Shown here one piece after another: positions 13,870 through 28,759 of a DNA stretch of 64,000 bases. Made by a program: the position numbers and the translations under genes. This stretch comes from the human T2T-CHM13v2.0 reference genome, Homo sapiens. The notes under the pieces were generated by a model. The model was not told where the DNA came from. It searched no databases and worked only from the letters and a program-made list of their open reading frames with translations. Location of the stretch: NCBI RefSeq assembly GCF_009914755.1, contig NC_060928.1; one strand, 5' to 3'. The number at the start of each line of letters is the position of its first letter. Positions within the stretch are counted from its first letter, which is position 1.

Positions 13870-14721
13870 TGCTGATGAAAAGAGTCAAACTCTGTAAAAT
13901 ATTTGAAGAGATTTATTCTGAGCCAAATATGAGTGACCAATGGCCAGTGACACAGCCCCAGGAGATCCTGTAAACATGTGCCCAAGGTGGTTGGGTTACA
14001 GATTGATTTTATACATTTTAGGGAGGCATAGGACATCAGTTAATATATGTAAGATGTGCATTAGTTTGGTCTGGGAATGGGGCACAACAGGAAACAGGGG
14101 CTTCCAGATCATAAGTGGATTCAAAGATTTTCTTATTGGCAATTTGTTGAAAGAGTTATCATCTAAAGAGCTGGAATCAGTAGAAAGGAATTTTGGGGTT
14201 AAGAAAAGGGGTTGCAGAGACCAAGGTTTTATCATACAGATGAAGCCTCCAGGTAATAGGCTTCAGAGCCCTTATCAGGACTAAAGAGGTGCCAGGCTGT
14301 TAGTTAATTCTCCCCTGGACCAGGGAAAAGACCTGGAAAGGAATGGGTATTCTCTACAGAATATAAAATTTTTTCTCCATAAAAGACAGTTTTGCAGAGC
14401 CATTTATATTTTAGGGTAAAATACTTCAACGTCTTTCAGAGCTTTCTATCTGTCATGTAACGCTATACTAGAGTCAGCCTGGAATTTGTTGTCTTATTGC
14501 TGCAAAAAGTCTGTTTTCTTCAGTCTTAATGTCTCTGTTTTAATGTTTATGCTGGTCATCTGTGTCTGAATTCCAAAGAAAGGAGGATATAATGACATAT
14601 ATCCTACCCCTGCTTCCATCGTGACCTGAACCAGTTTTTTAGGTTAATTTTGGAATGCCCTTGGCTGAAGGGAGCATCCTTCAGTTGGTTGGAGGGCTTA
14701 GAATTTTATTTTTGGCTTACA
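13870..14721 (-). mobile_element. ERV1 solo LTR, MER4 family
   Basis: tgctgatgaaaagagtcaaactctgtaaaatatttgaagagatttattctgagcc...gaattttatttttggcttaca; 4-bp TSD aata on both sides. Confidence 0.88.
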
Positions 14722-15134
14722 AATAAGAGAAAAGGTGGTAAGTACTTGAGGGAAAGGAGAAAGGAAGGTATGTTGGAGGTTTGAGCAGAAAGAAGGTGTG
14801 AATAATCATCTGGCATCATGGGAAAATAAATGAAATAAGAAAATGCAGCATGTTTGCCAGAGTTTTTTGACTTACTTTCATAACTTTAAAGTCAGGGTGT
14901 AGAAGGATTTGGAAATTTGCATAATGAAGACAAAAAACAGGAAGAATGGTTCAGATGAAAAGAACCAACCAGATATTTGATAGCTGGTATTTTTCAGAAA
15001 AGCAAAATAAACAGTGGTCTACAAGTGGTGATATGGAGTAAGGAGCTAATCTACATCACCTCTAAGATCAGAGGCTTATGTGTTTTAGGAGATGAAATAG
15101 TCTACCCATGACAGGGCTGGAGAAGAACAAGTGA

Positions 15135-15458
<324 letters not shown>

Positions 15459-15784
15459 AGAGCATATTTTATAATTAACATATAAATATCAGGCTATCAC
15501 AAGTGAGGATACCCACATTAGAACAAATTAAAAATTTGTATATGCATATCAAAATTTATGCCTCGTTAACCTAGAGTACAGGTGTCAAATGATAATAAAT
15601 AGTGTTTAGTTTTAATTTTTCATTCTGATATTTTATCACTGACATTAAGATGGCAGCTTGATTTCCTATAATTGATATTTTGCTATCAAGAGATGAGACA
15701 GTGTTATAATTTACTTGATCTTAAGGTTTTCTTATTGAATCCTTCCTCCCATCTCCTGGAGTGTAGAAAACAATATAATGGAGT

Positions 15785-15902
15785 TTTATTCAGGTGGCTA
15801 AATAGAACTCTCCAGTGATCGCCTTTTCTTTACCCTAGGAACACCAAATTGAACAACTCAACTATCTATGCAAGAAAGAACCTTTGTTAGAACCCAAAAA
15901 TC
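15785..15902 (+). mobile_element. Isolated old L1M 5'-end fragment
   Basis: ggtggctaaatagaa...ggaacaccaaattgaacaact...atctatgcaagaaag resembles a recalled L1M1/L1M2 5'UTR start. Confidence 0.55.
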
Positions 15903-16399
15903 TACTGTTTCTTTCATTTTTAGTGGTCAGTGTAAGCTTCACAAATGTCAGAAACATATATGGCATGCTCTTTTCTATAGTCTTTGTATCTTCCAAAACG
16001 TCTGGCTGATAGGAATTGCTATTATTTGCTAAATTAATGAATCAAGTTTGTATTATTCCTATTACTTCATGTTCTTTCTTTAATGAGATTGTAAGGTTCT
16101 TAAGGAGAGGGAGATGCTTTTATATATGTGTATATATATGTAAAATACATTATATATATATGTGACTAAATAAATTAATGAGTTCTGGTGTCACTTTCCA
16201 TGTCAAGTCATAAAAATCATCAAACAGAAGCGCTAAGAATATTCCACAATTTTTACTTGTTTTCCTTTAGTCTGATATTACTACTCACCCTTTCCTCTTA
16301 GGCATTACGTATTTGTGCATGCTGATGATGTTTTAAAAATAACAAACAAATAAAATATTTTATTGGTTTGTTCTTCCCTTAAGTCATTACTGTAGTCTC

Positions 16400-17450
16400 T
16401 CTCCCTCTTACATTTTGAAAGAGCAAACTACATGGCTGTCTCTATTTTCTTAACTTCATCCTTCAATGCGTAATAATCCACATCAATCCTTACTGTTCTG
16501 AAATTGCTTTTGCTGAAAGCACTAATATCTTCTTAATTGCAAATCCAAAGTCCATTCTCAGTGTTATTTATGTTTGCTTTCTCATCAGCCTCTGACATAG
16601 TAGAGCACTGCCTGTAGACTTCCTTCTTTCTAGACCAGGATGTCTCCTGGACCTCATTCGGCTTTAAAAACTATCAAGCTGTTATTTCATCAAATTCTTC
16701 TCTATTTCTTTTAATTTGCTCATGTAATTCTAGGTGGTTTCCTTGACTAAAATAATCCACTTTTTTTTTTCAACTACCACCTTGCATTCTGAAGAGTTAT
16801 ACCTATCACCTCCAGCTCCATATGTCCAAATATTGCTATTGAATAACTGCATTAGATACACTACATGAACCTTCAACTTGGCATGTCAGAATGAGAAGTT
16901 ACTATCACCACACAGATATCTATGTTGGCTGCTGGAAAGGGTATATATCTAGTCCCCCCTATCTAGAAGCCTTCCCCTCTTTCACACCCAACAATCAATG
17001 TACTGTCAGGTGATGCTTATTTTACCTTAGAGGTATCTATACATACAGGATTCTTGTTTTCCACCTTTACTTCTGTTCTGTTGTCCGTAGCATCTTTTGC
17101 AATAATCTTCTAAATGATCTCTATCCTGGTAATTTCTGCCCACTCCAGCTCATCCTTTATTCTATCACCAGAATTACAATGCCAAAACCCAAGACAGAGG
17201 TGTTTGCTTCCGTGATTTATACCTCTGTTGATCTCCATTATATAAGGTATGAACAGAACTGATTCTGGAACACTAAGCCTTTTAAGAATATGTTTTCAAG
17301 CTATTATTTTAGTCCTATCTCTTGTTATTCCGGACTGACTTTCCACTAGAACCCTATACTGCACTTGCGTTAATGTCTATTATGTCCCAGACTTAGGCTT
17401 TTTCGTGAGTCTGAAATTGTTCACGCTTCCTTCTCCCCAAAGTAAGCATG
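16400..17450 (+). mobile_element. L2 LINE fragment
   Basis: Pyrimidine-rich L2 ORF2/3' motifs (ctgaaattgcttttgctgaaag, ccagctcatcc). Confidence 0.6.
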
Positions 17451-17459
17451 TTCTTTTCC

Positions 17460-18190
17460 TCATTTATTCATTGGTTGATTCAACACAAATATTATTGGAT
17501 GACACTATGCAGGTATTTTTCCTCGAACCGAATTTATGATATAGAAGGTAGGGGAGGAAGATATTAAACAATCACTATAATGAATGCAAAATTTAAATCA
17601 GAGATAAGTACTTTGAAAGAAAATAATATGACACCATAAGAAAGTCTGTAAAAAGTTTTTGATCAATCCTGGGAGGAGGAGATGGTAGTCAGAAAGGATT
17701 AAAATAGGAGAAATAAATGGAAATTAACTAGGTAAGAAATGGAGGAATGGGCATTCCTGAAAAAGGGAACAGAGGGAAAACTTGTGTGGATGGAACACAG
17801 AGATAAGGTGGGGAAGGTGGCGGGCACTGAAGTTGAACTCGTAGGCATAGCACAGGCATAGACACAGAGTACAAGTGTCTAGGTTAAAAATATTGATATT
17901 AATCCTAACATCAGTGGATGCCTTCAAAGGGGAGTAAGCATAGGCAGGGGTATGCATTACATAATCAGATTTGACTGTATTGTAGAGAACAGTTTAGAGA
18001 GGGAGGAGTGAATTAATGCACTGAGAAACAGTAGTGTGCTGTTGCATTGGTCTAGTAGAGAGATAATGGTAACCCGAATGATAGTGGTCAGACTGGAGAT
18101 GGTGAGAAGTGGAAGATTCAAAAAATATTTAGGAGGTAAAAATCAAGGAGATTTCCTGATGGATTGGATATGAAAAACAAGGGAGAAGGA
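17460..18190 (-). mobile_element. L2 LINE fragment
   Basis: catttattcatt...caacacaaatattattg end motif followed by antisense L2 body. Confidence 0.6.
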
Positions 18191-19224
18191 GAAAAATTCC
18201 TTCTTCCTTACGTATCAAACTAGTTCTTATCTTTTAAGACCGTTCACATATCACCCATGCAGTTTAGCATTTTCTTACTATCCCAGCAGCAATAAGAAGG
18301 GAGCTCATGTCTTTCAGGTTCCTTTGGCCCAATATTCAGATCTCTGCACTTAAAGTAACTTTCCTGCTAAAATAACTGTCCGCTCAATGGATAACGGGTT
18401 TCATGAAAGCAATGATCATGTTTCATTCTTTTTTTTTAATATTCCAACATCTGATATCCTACCAGTCATATAATAGACGTTCAATGAAATTGTTTATTGA
18501 CTGGCAGAAGAAATCTAAATGCCATAGATAATTAAAGCCAGCATTCATTAAGAATTTTCAATAAAATTTTCAATAAAGTAACATTTCAACAGAAAGTTAA
18601 GAGCTAATATAGATAACATTTTTTTTGTAGATATATCTGCGGAAATAGGTTTGCTCCATTCAAGGAACCATTAAATCTCAATTCTTAGAAAAAGTATTTT
18701 TGTATCATGTGTACTTTTGAAAATTAAGGAAGAGTCAGTACACTCTATTTAACATTGAAATTGTGAAGAGGCAGAAGGATTCAAAAATCATATTAAGAAA
18801 AATTTTCACTCACAATTTTTAGTTTTTATTCATTATCTCATATTTTTTTCCATTTCTCTTCTAAGAGCTTTTTTGTTAACTGCACAAATGATATATTAGC
18901 AATTATTCTAAAATAAAAGTTTTTAGAACTGCAACAGTATTCATTCCACTAAAAATGATACATTTAAAAGTATTTCAAGAATGCTTTTGGAATACTATTA
19001 AAATATAAAAATGAAATAAATGAATGAAGGAACATTTTTAAGAGGCTTATTTTTTCAACAATGCTGCCTACTTCCTCACAAGACAGTGCCCTCCTTTCCC
19101 AGCCATTCAAATTTTCTCATCTCTTCAGTGAATCTCCATGGGTGCTGCATCTAGCACTCTTCATGTTCCTTTCCAAAATCAGGGAAGTGCTGGGATGTGT
19201 GGTGTTTTACTGAAATGAAAATTT

Positions 19225-19547
19225 CAGTTACATGTCACATAAGGATGTTTCAGCCAATAACAGACCATGTTTACCACAGCAGATTTATGAGATTATAGTA
19301 CTGTATTTTTACTGAACCTTTTCTGTGTTTAGATATGTTTTGTTACACAGATACTACTCTGTGCTACAATTTTGCCAATAGTATTCAGGACTAGCCTAGG
19401 AGCAATAAGTTATACCGTATAGTCTAGGTGTGTAGTAGGGTATACTATCTAGGTTTGTGTAAGTACACTTGATATTCACCCAATGGTAGAATCACCTAAC
19501 AATGCATTTCCAGAATACGTCCTCATTGATAAGCAATACATGACTGT
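19225..19547 (+). mobile_element. Tigger3a/MER7-type MITE
   Basis: tagcctaggagcaataag...tctaggtttgtgtaagtacac...catgactgta terminus. Confidence 0.85.
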
Positions 19548-20184
19548 ATCCAGATACTGGCTAAAACAAATCAGGAATATGAATAGAAATGGAACATTTA
19601 TACTCATATATGAGTTGAAAACTTTTATGTTTTCAACTATTTGAAATATAAATGCATATGGACAAGGACAAGATTATATCTTGGGAAAAGGAAGTTGTTA
19701 AGTTAGAGATAATGTTTTTAATTTCCACAAATGGTTTAATTTTATGTTTTTTTAAACAATAAAACAAACAAGAATACCTGAAAGATAAATAAGAAAAACT
19801 GAAGTTTAAATAAATTAATTTTTAGAGGAAAAAAATCACCTATATAAAATTCACTTGTATAAGTGAGAAGGCAGAAAGACAACTGAATATTTCTCAATAA
19901 AATGTGATGCCTGTTTGTCATGAACTGTAAGAGCATAAATATGAAAAATCAAAAGGTTGTCTTAGTATATGTCATAATTTCTTAAAGGAATACTTAGAAA
20001 AATAGATATTTTGGAATATATGCTTGTGGAGTTCAATTTTAATTTGTAGGATTGTTTAGACTCAGAGTACATAGTATATAAATTCTGATTTCCAAAATGA
20101 GTTGCTATAGTAATATGTGAAATAGAATCTTAAAAACAGTCTGTATAAAAGAAATAAATTTGAGTTTTCTTTTAAAATATGTAA

Positions 20185-21445
20185 GCATTTTCATCAACAA
20201 TGAATGAGAATTCTGTCGCTCTCCATCTACACCAGCAATTAGTACCATTGTCCCACATTAAAGTCTTGGGGGATACGTTCCAAGGCCCCCAGTGGATGCC
20301 CGTAGCCTCAGATAGTATTGAACCCTTTTTATGTTCTATGTTTTTTCCTATACATACATACCTATGACAAAGTTTAATTTATAAATTGGGCACAGTAAGA
20401 GATTATAACAATAATACTAAAATAAAACAATGATATCAATATACTATAATTGAAGTTATGTGACTGCTGTCTCTCAAAATATCTTATTGTACTGTAGATC
20501 TTAGCAAACTCAGTGCAAAATATTTTTCCTTTCTTATTAAGTCAAGTACTTAATATTTTCATTTCAACAAAGCACATCATGGCTTGCCTTTGGCATATCT
20601 GCATTGCCAGTGTCACTACTTTTGTGCCTTGGGGCCATTTTTGAGTAAAATAAGGTTACTTGAACACAAGCACTGTGATATTGTGAGAGTCAATCTGAAA
20701 ATCAAGATGGCAACTAAGTGACTAACAGGCAGATTGTGTATACAGTGTGGATACAGTGGACAAAAGGATGATTAAGGACACAGGAAGGCAGGTGCGAAAT
20801 TTTATCATGCTACTCAGAATGGGATGCAATTTAAAACTTATAGTTTATTTCCAGAATTTTCTATTTAATATTTTCTGATCTCTGAAACAGTGAAAAGTGA
20901 AACCGTGGATAAGGAGGAAGTACTGTATCGTAAATTTTTCCAATCATAGCTATTCTATGAGGTGTGTAGTTGTATCTCATTGTTTTAGTTTGGATTTCCT
21001 ACAGAATAGTGATAGTGAGCAGTTAAAAATCTGCTTATCTATCATATGCATATCTTCTTTTTGAGGTCTCTGTTAAAATATTTTGCCTCTTTTTAAATTC
21101 AGTTGTTTCCTTATTGTTCAATTTTGTCTTTTTTTTGTATATTTTGGATATGAGAGTCATTTGTATATTTTGGATAGATGTCCTTTATTAGATATGTATT
21201 TTTAAAATATTTCCTCTCAGTCTGTTACTTGTTTTATTATTCTCCTAAGTGTCTTCTGCAGAACAGACTTTGTAAATTTAAAAGACTAACATCAAGTTTT
21301 TCTTTCATGCTTTTGGTGTATATAAAAACTCATCACCAAGCCTAAGGCCATGTGGGTTTTCTCCTATGTTTTCCTCTCAAAGGTTTGTAGTTTTGCATTT
21401 TACATTTAAATCTATTACCAATTTTGAGTTAATTTTTGTTTAAAG
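20185..21445 (-). mobile_element. Old L1M fragment interrupted by MER44
   Basis: caacaatgaatgagaattctg...tatctcattgttttag...tttgtatattttggata antisense ORF2 motifs. Confidence 0.7.
20243..20926 (-). mobile_element. MER44/Tigger7-type DNA transposon
   Basis: gaaaccgtggataagg...tactgta terminus; gggggatacgttccaag...cccagtggatgcc; TA-flanked. Confidence 0.85.
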
Positions 21446-21912
21446 TGTAGACTTGTAAGTTTTTTACTTGAGTAACAACACAGAATAACATTTATAAAAT
21501 GGGGAAAAAGCAGTTTGGGGATTGGAGGTGGGAATACAGTTTAGATATGGACATGTTAATATTTGAAGCCCCTACTTGACAAACATATGGTTAAGTAGGA
21601 AGTTGGATACAAAGAGTTTAATTCTGATATTTCCACATACCAACACTATCAGGAAGTCCAGGAGTCTGATTTATAACTTCACCAGCACCTTGAACTCTGT
21701 ATTTCCCCACCTCCCTTTCCTTCCCCTACAGGCTTCCAATCCCCATTTTATGTTTTCGGGCGTTCGTTATTACTTACAATAATCTTCAAAGTATGTGTAG
21801 GGTTGGAATCCATTATGACTAAGTCCTATTTTGGTGCTTAGTCTGTGACAGAGAAGCTTTGGCTGGTTGAAGAAATTTGACCTTGGTGTGTCCTATTCAA
21901 AGTATAAAATAA

Positions 21913-22023
21913 GGCTGGGCAGTGGTTCACATCTGTAATTCTAGCACATTGGGAGGCTGAGGTGGGAGGATTGTTTGATGCCAGGAGTTGGAGGCTGCAG
22001 TGAGCTAAAATTGCACCACTGCA
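21913..22023 (+). mobile_element. Old Alu monomer (FLAM/FRAM/AluJ-derived)
   Basis: ggctgggcagtgg...gaggctgaggtgggaggattg...gaggctgcagtgagct. Confidence 0.8.
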
Positions 22024-23029
22024 TTTGCCAGGTGACTTGGAGCTAAAATTTTTTCGACTCCAGTGAGACTTGCTGACATAAAAAGAGAAAATATGCTTTA
22101 AGCACCTAGTGCTTATGCATGGCACATAGTAGACACTCATTAAATGAATGGTTCTTTCTCTTTCCCCATAGATGGGACAGTGTGCACCAAACATCTGAAG
22201 ACCAGTTGCTTAAGTGAAAAAGAATGACCTGATGTATTTCAGATCAATATTATGCATATAATAAAAACTATGAAATGCTAAAAGCTTAGCTGCAAAGATA
22301 AAATGCAAGAAGCTTGCTGGTGAGGTTGTGGTAGCAACTGAATATATGAGAATAGATTGGTACAATCACTGGATTTCTATAACTCAGTTAAGAGTTGGAA
22401 GTAAAGTGTAATTCTGTTTCTGTTTATGTATTAAAGTAGAAGGATAATATGTTTAATTAATAAATTAACAATAGATATTGGTATACTTATAGAAATGGAT
22501 TGTCACAGTTTCTATCTTTGAGGGATTAATTGGAACAAAAATGTACTTTAACTATGAATTACCTAGCTCCAGAGATATCTATTAGTAGAAAAAGATTGAC
22601 AATGAAAAGATAAATTTCTATTTACTACACAGCGAAATAAATGTTTTATGTTAAGAGCTCATCTCATGCATCCCTGTGGCTTCAGTTTTCTTCAATATCT
22701 GCCACTCTCAGTTTTATTTCCAGCTGGAATCTATTTTCTGAGCTCCACAACTAAATGGCTGTGTACCAACTGGACATCTCTTTTTGAATTATTCACAGGC
22801 ATCTTAAATTCAGTCTGTGTAAAACTGAACTGGTGAAATTGCTCTTTAGACCTGCTCCTCTAGTGTTTCCCATCTTAGCAAATTGCACAATTATTTCCAT
22901 CCAATTACTCCAGCTGGGAACATACAAGATATCACTGACTTTTCCCTCTCTTTTATTTCGATCAATTACTTCAAATTCTTATTATGGCCTCCAAGGCTCT
23001 GCATAAAATATCCCTTTCTCACTTTAACG

Positions 23030-23460
23030 ATTACAGTAGACTGAACCATTATAACAAAGAAATCTCCCAAAAAGTAAGGGTTCAAACAGTAGAAATATAT
23101 TTCTTGATCTTATAAAAGTTCAGGGTAGATGTTTCGGATAAACAAGTGCTTGGCTCCACACTGGGACACAAGCTGATGAGATCTGCAATCTCTAATACTT
23201 AGTTTCCAAGGTCATTCTGAGCATGGCCCAACAATCATCCTGAAAGAGAAAGAGCATAAATAAGCATGCATGGATATTTTTTATGAGTGAAGCAAGGAAG
23301 TGGAACATATTTCTATTCTCACTACAATGGAAAGAACTTAGTTACAAAGCACACTTCATTGCAAGGAAGGCTGGGAAATGTAATGCATTTGGGCAGCCAT
23401 ATTTCCAGCAACTATGGAAGATGAGGAAAAGAACTTTGGTGAATCATTGGCGGTCCCAGC
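23030..23460 (-). mobile_element. Old MaLR LTR (MLT1 family)
   Basis: gaagtggaacatatttc...tgcaaggaaggctgggaaatgta motifs; lies within L2 fragments. Confidence 0.5.
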
Positions 23461-23920
23461 AACATTTGTTGTTCTTTCCTTCTTTATTCTTTGTGATCCA
23501 GGTATATCGGATTTTAGTCTTTGATTGCTCTTTCCATCCCTAAGGACTTTGTACATGTCATTCTCTTGGCTCATATGCCCTTCATCTCCTTCTTGATTCA
23601 GCTGACAATTATTATTCAGAATTAAGAATGTTTTACATTCCTGTGGAAAGTTGTTGTCTTCTTTGTAATACTTGGAAAAGCTGCAATAAATTATTCAATG
23701 ACTGTTTGTCATGCTAGACTGTAAGATTGAGGAGTAAAGGAACTCTCTGTTTTGTTCTTTATTATATTCCCAATATCTGGCACATAGCAGGATGTTTAGT
23801 AAATATTTCTTGAACTCACAGAAAGATGGATGAATGGATGCCTGGATAAGTGCAAAAATAGATAAGTTTATAGATGAATGGGAAATAAGCTGATATAACC
23901 CCACTCTGAAACCTTTAGTT

Positions 23921-24403
23921 TGTTAAAGAAATAATTATTTAATGACACTTGTTAAGCACGATAAGGAAGTCTTTATTATAAACCATCATGGTAAGTACAG
24001 GGACCACTGAAATGGGATTTTGCAGTGAGGGAGGGAGATTGGGCTCAACTCTTAATAAAGGATGGGCAAGTGGGAATTTATTGCCAAGTTGCAAGGTGGG
24101 GGTCAGTGGATAAAACATGACTAAGAGGAAGCATCAGGGGTAAAGGGGGTTCTGGCTAAATTGACCTAGAAAGATTCTTGCTGAAGGTAGGCTAGGGTGA
24201 TCAAACATCACTTATGAGATGGTGGAGGATGAGTAACCCCAGTGGATACCAAGGATGAGCAGATATTGGGGGTAGGGGATTCTTGCTAAACATAGTTAGC
24301 AAGGTATTTGCTAAAACTGGATTTTACAAGGAAGTGCACAGATGAACCTAGGAGAAGTTTCAAGAGTCTGAATAAATTTTACCAATCAGATACTTTGTAT
24401 CAA
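23921..24403 (-). mobile_element. ERV1 solo LTR, MER31-like
   Basis: tgttaaagaaataattatt...ttgctaaaactggattttacaaggaagtgcacagatg.acctaggagaag. Confidence 0.8.
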
Positions 24404-25999
24404 GTTTTCTCCATGAAGGATTTGTGCAAAAGTAGGGTAGGTGTTTGCAAAAAGAAAATTCGAGAAGATTGGTACAAATTTGGGTAGCTACAAAGAAAAA
24501 TGATAAAGAGAGACAAATGAGAAAAAGAAAAAGTATTGTTCAACAATGTGGAACACTCAATTGCGGTTGGAAACCACAGCTTTGTAGTGAAAACTATTAT
24601 ATTTTTTTTCTTGCATTCAATTTCAGAGAAAATGCATTTTGGAAATAATAATGGTTAATAATGCACACAGTACATTGATCCAGATATGAGCTTAGCATTT
24701 AAAATGCAGTTTTTCATGTATATTTTCAAAACTTTTTTATAGATGAGAAAACTGAAGGTCAGAAAGTACAAGTAAATGGCATAAGGAGTAAATGACATTA
24801 GCAATCAGAGAAGCTCTGATTTGTACCCAAGTCTGTAATACTTCAAAGGACAGAGATTGACAAAACAGGCCTTGAAGAAGTGTGAATAACAGGAAATTAA
24901 CAGTACTGTGTTAATGTCCACACAGTGCTGGTTCCTAGGGTCAGTTGATTCAAGAAGGTGTAATGTTTCATCAAGATTTAGTGGGATGAGATAGTAGTAG
25001 ACATGTAAAGAGAGGGGATTGTGCTGTGAGAATTATATTTTCAAATTTTGGATAAGAAAATGAATTTTGGAAGATGACAAGGCCTGGAATATAGACCTCA
25101 AAAGTGTTTTGTTCGAGGGGAATGGGAAAGAAGTTTGTCAGATGGCAGCCCACATGGACGCTGTCTTTCAGAATAGTGACAGGAATTGGTGGAAGGAAAG
25201 ATTACAATCCAGATACCAAAGCCCTCACTAATTGTGGCATAAGGGAGTAGAGGTGAGTTGACGACAGTGATGAAGATAAAGAGCACAGAGTATAGTTCAA
25301 TTTTTAGGGACTCAAGTATGGAGGACTTTTTGGATGAGCATCAAGTATAATGAGAATGAAACTGCAGTGGGTAAACAAGAGAAAGATGAACGTACCTCCT
25401 CACTTAAAAATACAGAGAATTAAAGCTTCTTTTGAGGCTTTTTTGAGCAAAATGGTATTATTAGAGGAGAAAAAGGTTACAGTTAGGGTGAAGAAGTAAA
25501 GGGGAATAGTCAAGATGTTGCATATTACAAAGAAGTTTCTTTGAAATAGGATGGGTTTCTATGTAGTTACAGTAAAGAGGTAGAAGTGGAATTAGATAGA
25601 GAATGATAAGTCTGAGAAGGAGAAGATATAAATTAGATGGAAGAGTTTGCAATGTGGGTTTTAGATCAAGGGCACTAGAAAGTCAAGGAATACAGAGGAA
25701 GATGGGAAGTACTTGAAAGAAACTAACTAGCCTCAGGGTTCCAGCTGGGGCTTTGATGGCAAGTTGTTTTGTTGCTGCCGCAAACTCAGACCAAAGCATT
25801 CTGGGGAAACTTAAGAATAGGAGGTGGATTGCCAATTAATATCTAGGGCTACAAGAGTGAGAAGAAATGACTAAAAATACAAATTAAAGTTCATATAAGT
25901 GGAACAAATTTTAAAGAGGAATGGGAATTTTGAGGAAAAAGTGAGAAAAATGTATAACTCTTTATTTATAAGTACATATTTTGCGTTATGCACTGGGTT

Positions 26000-26614
26000 T
26001 GTAGTGACCAAGACAGTCTTAACATGTCCCTTAGCTTGATTAAACTTTAGACAGTCTTCCTCTGGCCTTTAAGGCCTGATCTCCCTCTGACTCCCTCCCC
26101 CTAAAGAATCCAGATGGCCCAGTCACAGGAGTTCCTCTCCTCCCTTTATAAAGAGTATTTATTTCAGATACCTTATAATTGCAAATTCTTCTTGTTTGCT
26201 ACTTGAAATGTAAATTTTTAAACATCTCTTATCAGTTTTACTACCCACCAGGCGTATCTTTCTCAAGGACCTAGAGCTATTCCTTTGAAATGTTATCATT
26301 AGGGAAAATAGTGACCCTGTCTCTCAGTCTCTGTGGGAGAGTAAGTGCTTAACTTCAGTGGTCACTTGGCTGTAAGTTGTAAAACTATCTGCTGTCATGA
26401 AGATAAGAGAAGGTTTGCTTTTTCTTTGTGAGGCCAATTAGCAGACACAGGTAGCCTATGTTACCCCCTTTCACCCCAATGCTTAAAAATCCTCCCACCC
26501 TGTATTTCAGTAGAGTTGAGCACAGATTGATTTCTGGCCTCTCTCTCTTATTGCAATTGACTTGAATAAAGTCTTCCTTACCTGTTTGACTTTGGTGCAG
26601 CTTTTGCTTTGACA
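26000..26614 (+). mobile_element. ERV1 solo LTR, MER67-like
   Basis: cttgattaaactttagacag...tttctcaaggacct...ctttgaaatg...tgaataaagtcttccttacc...ctttgaca. Confidence 0.75.
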
Positions 26615-26849
26615 GTAACTTATAATGAGTTTATTTTTCATTTCCCTAAAGAAAAATGTTTCATCCTGACCTCCAGGGCACCATTTGGTGCTGGCTGATG
26701 GTGGTGTGGCAGCTGGAGATGTAGCATAATGATCCAAAATTGGGCCCTTGTAAAAAACCAAAGCACGTACTTCTAAAATAGAATCAATTACTTATTTACT
26801 TATGTCTGCTCATTATACCCCAGATATAAACCCCAAGGGGGCAGCAGTA

Positions 26850-27125
26850 TATCATGAATTAGAGCATAAGTTTTTCATCAAAGATCAAAACTGAGTTTTC
26901 ATCTTTCCCTTGCTATTTATGTAACTTAGGTGGGTTATAGACCTCTTTAAGCTTCAGTTTACTCATTTGCAAAATATGAATATAATACACTATGATATTA
27001 CATATAACATATAACTTAAGAACCTGGTTATTGCACAAATTAAATAATATGTGTAAAGCACTTAGCACAGCATAACAGATAGTTTTCACAGTTTTTCTTT
27101 TTATAAGTAATATTGTTGTTATTAC
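26850..27125 (+). mobile_element. MIR SINE
   Basis: cttcagtttactcatttgcaaaat...atgtgtaaagcacttagcacag. Confidence 0.65.
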
Positions 27126-28759
27126 TATTATTTCTTTAAAGACAGGGTTCATATCTGTCTAATAGTATCTACTCACCTGCTCACAAATATTTAATGATTA
27201 AATTATTTTTCAAATAATACCTAGTACATATATACATTATCTAAATGGAAGCAAACATATGGGATGGAAATTAACGTCTGTTGTTGAAGATTGTCTTAGT
27301 AGCAGTTATGGTCTATAAAATATCTAAATCACAGTTTCAAGCATGTGTTCTGAGACAAAAATTTCAAGCAGAAGCTTCCTAATGACCACATCCAGTCCCC
27401 ACTGAGCACACCTTTAATATATTTTATAATATATATTATGCCAACATTTGCTTTGTGAACAGGGTAAAGACAGTCACAGTCAAGAATTGGCTAAAATACT
27501 GATTTGTCATTTATGGAAAAGTACAAAGGTGAGGGTGACTTTCAGAGGAAATAAGGCATTATTAGTGGTGCCGTCTGGCAAATACAAGAGAATTTCTCAG
27601 AGACCCACTTGGAAGAAAGTTCAATCATGGCATTGGATGACTCAGTGAAAGGTGGAAGGCCAATACTGGTAGTTCAAATGAAAACATCTACTGCTCTTAA
27701 CTTTGTAAATATTCTGTTTCATTCTTAAAAGCCTAGGGAAATAATAATTCTATACCTACTTTTCCTGTTTTTCTGTGAAAATAGTTTCTATAAATTTTAA
27801 CGGGCTTAGAAACTTTTCTCTGAATGATCAAATGTCCTAAGCTATTTCAAATCATATTTACCCTGCCCTTGGACAGGCAACAGGTTACTTTGGAAAAATT
27901 GAGTCTTTAGAGAAATGACAGAAAAGACTTTTTTTTCTTTTATGGGGTAGATCCTGAGACTTCTGAGCATCTATAATTCCTTATGATAAATATGCTATTA
28001 TTTCTATTTCTCTAGAGAACTCAGACTGATACATGTTCTAAGTATAAACCTTGGTTGATGATCTGTTCATTTCACTAGTCATGTATTTCTTTACTGCTCT
28101 GCTTAAACAACTGGAAGCTGGCTTGAACAGCTAGTTTTTTCAAAAGTAATTTGTTATTATACATATTTGCACAGAAAGAAAAAGTTTGAAAAATTATCAA
28201 GAGAGAGCTAAGTCACTTCAGGAGCCACACTTATCATGACATGTGATATAATTACAGAAAATAAAATACTTGATTGAAGTACTTGATGTGGGGGTAGTAT
28301 ACTATCAACAATATCAAACTTACCTTTTCTTCACTTGTGATAAATATTAACCATCTCTTGCTACATTTCTTTGTATTAGCTCTGAAATGAAAAGTCATTT
28401 GAAAAGGTATTGCAAATTCAAGTTAATGAAAAAGATATTGAAAATATAATTTATATGTGCATGAGCTGCTGATAATTAAAATAACACCTTATTACCAAAC
28501 ACATTCTTTTTTTTCCCTTCTTACCAAACACATTCCTTTTTTTCCACTAACAGAAATTTAATCTAAAAATAAGTGCTTTCTTCTACTTTTATTTACTAAA
28601 GTACTTCACAGTCTTCCGTCATCCTAATGTCATCTTGCCTGATGCTATTTCCCCTATATTATTACATTTGTCTTCTCCCAGGTGTGGCATCAGTACTGAT
28701 TTGCTACCCAACAGCCATTCCCTGTCCTATTCTAATTGCTCATTTATATCAATATATTT

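Noticed and set aside
28492-28546. 29-bp tandem duplication (ttaccaaacacattc...)
   Set aside because: Ordinary slippage duplication with no further signal
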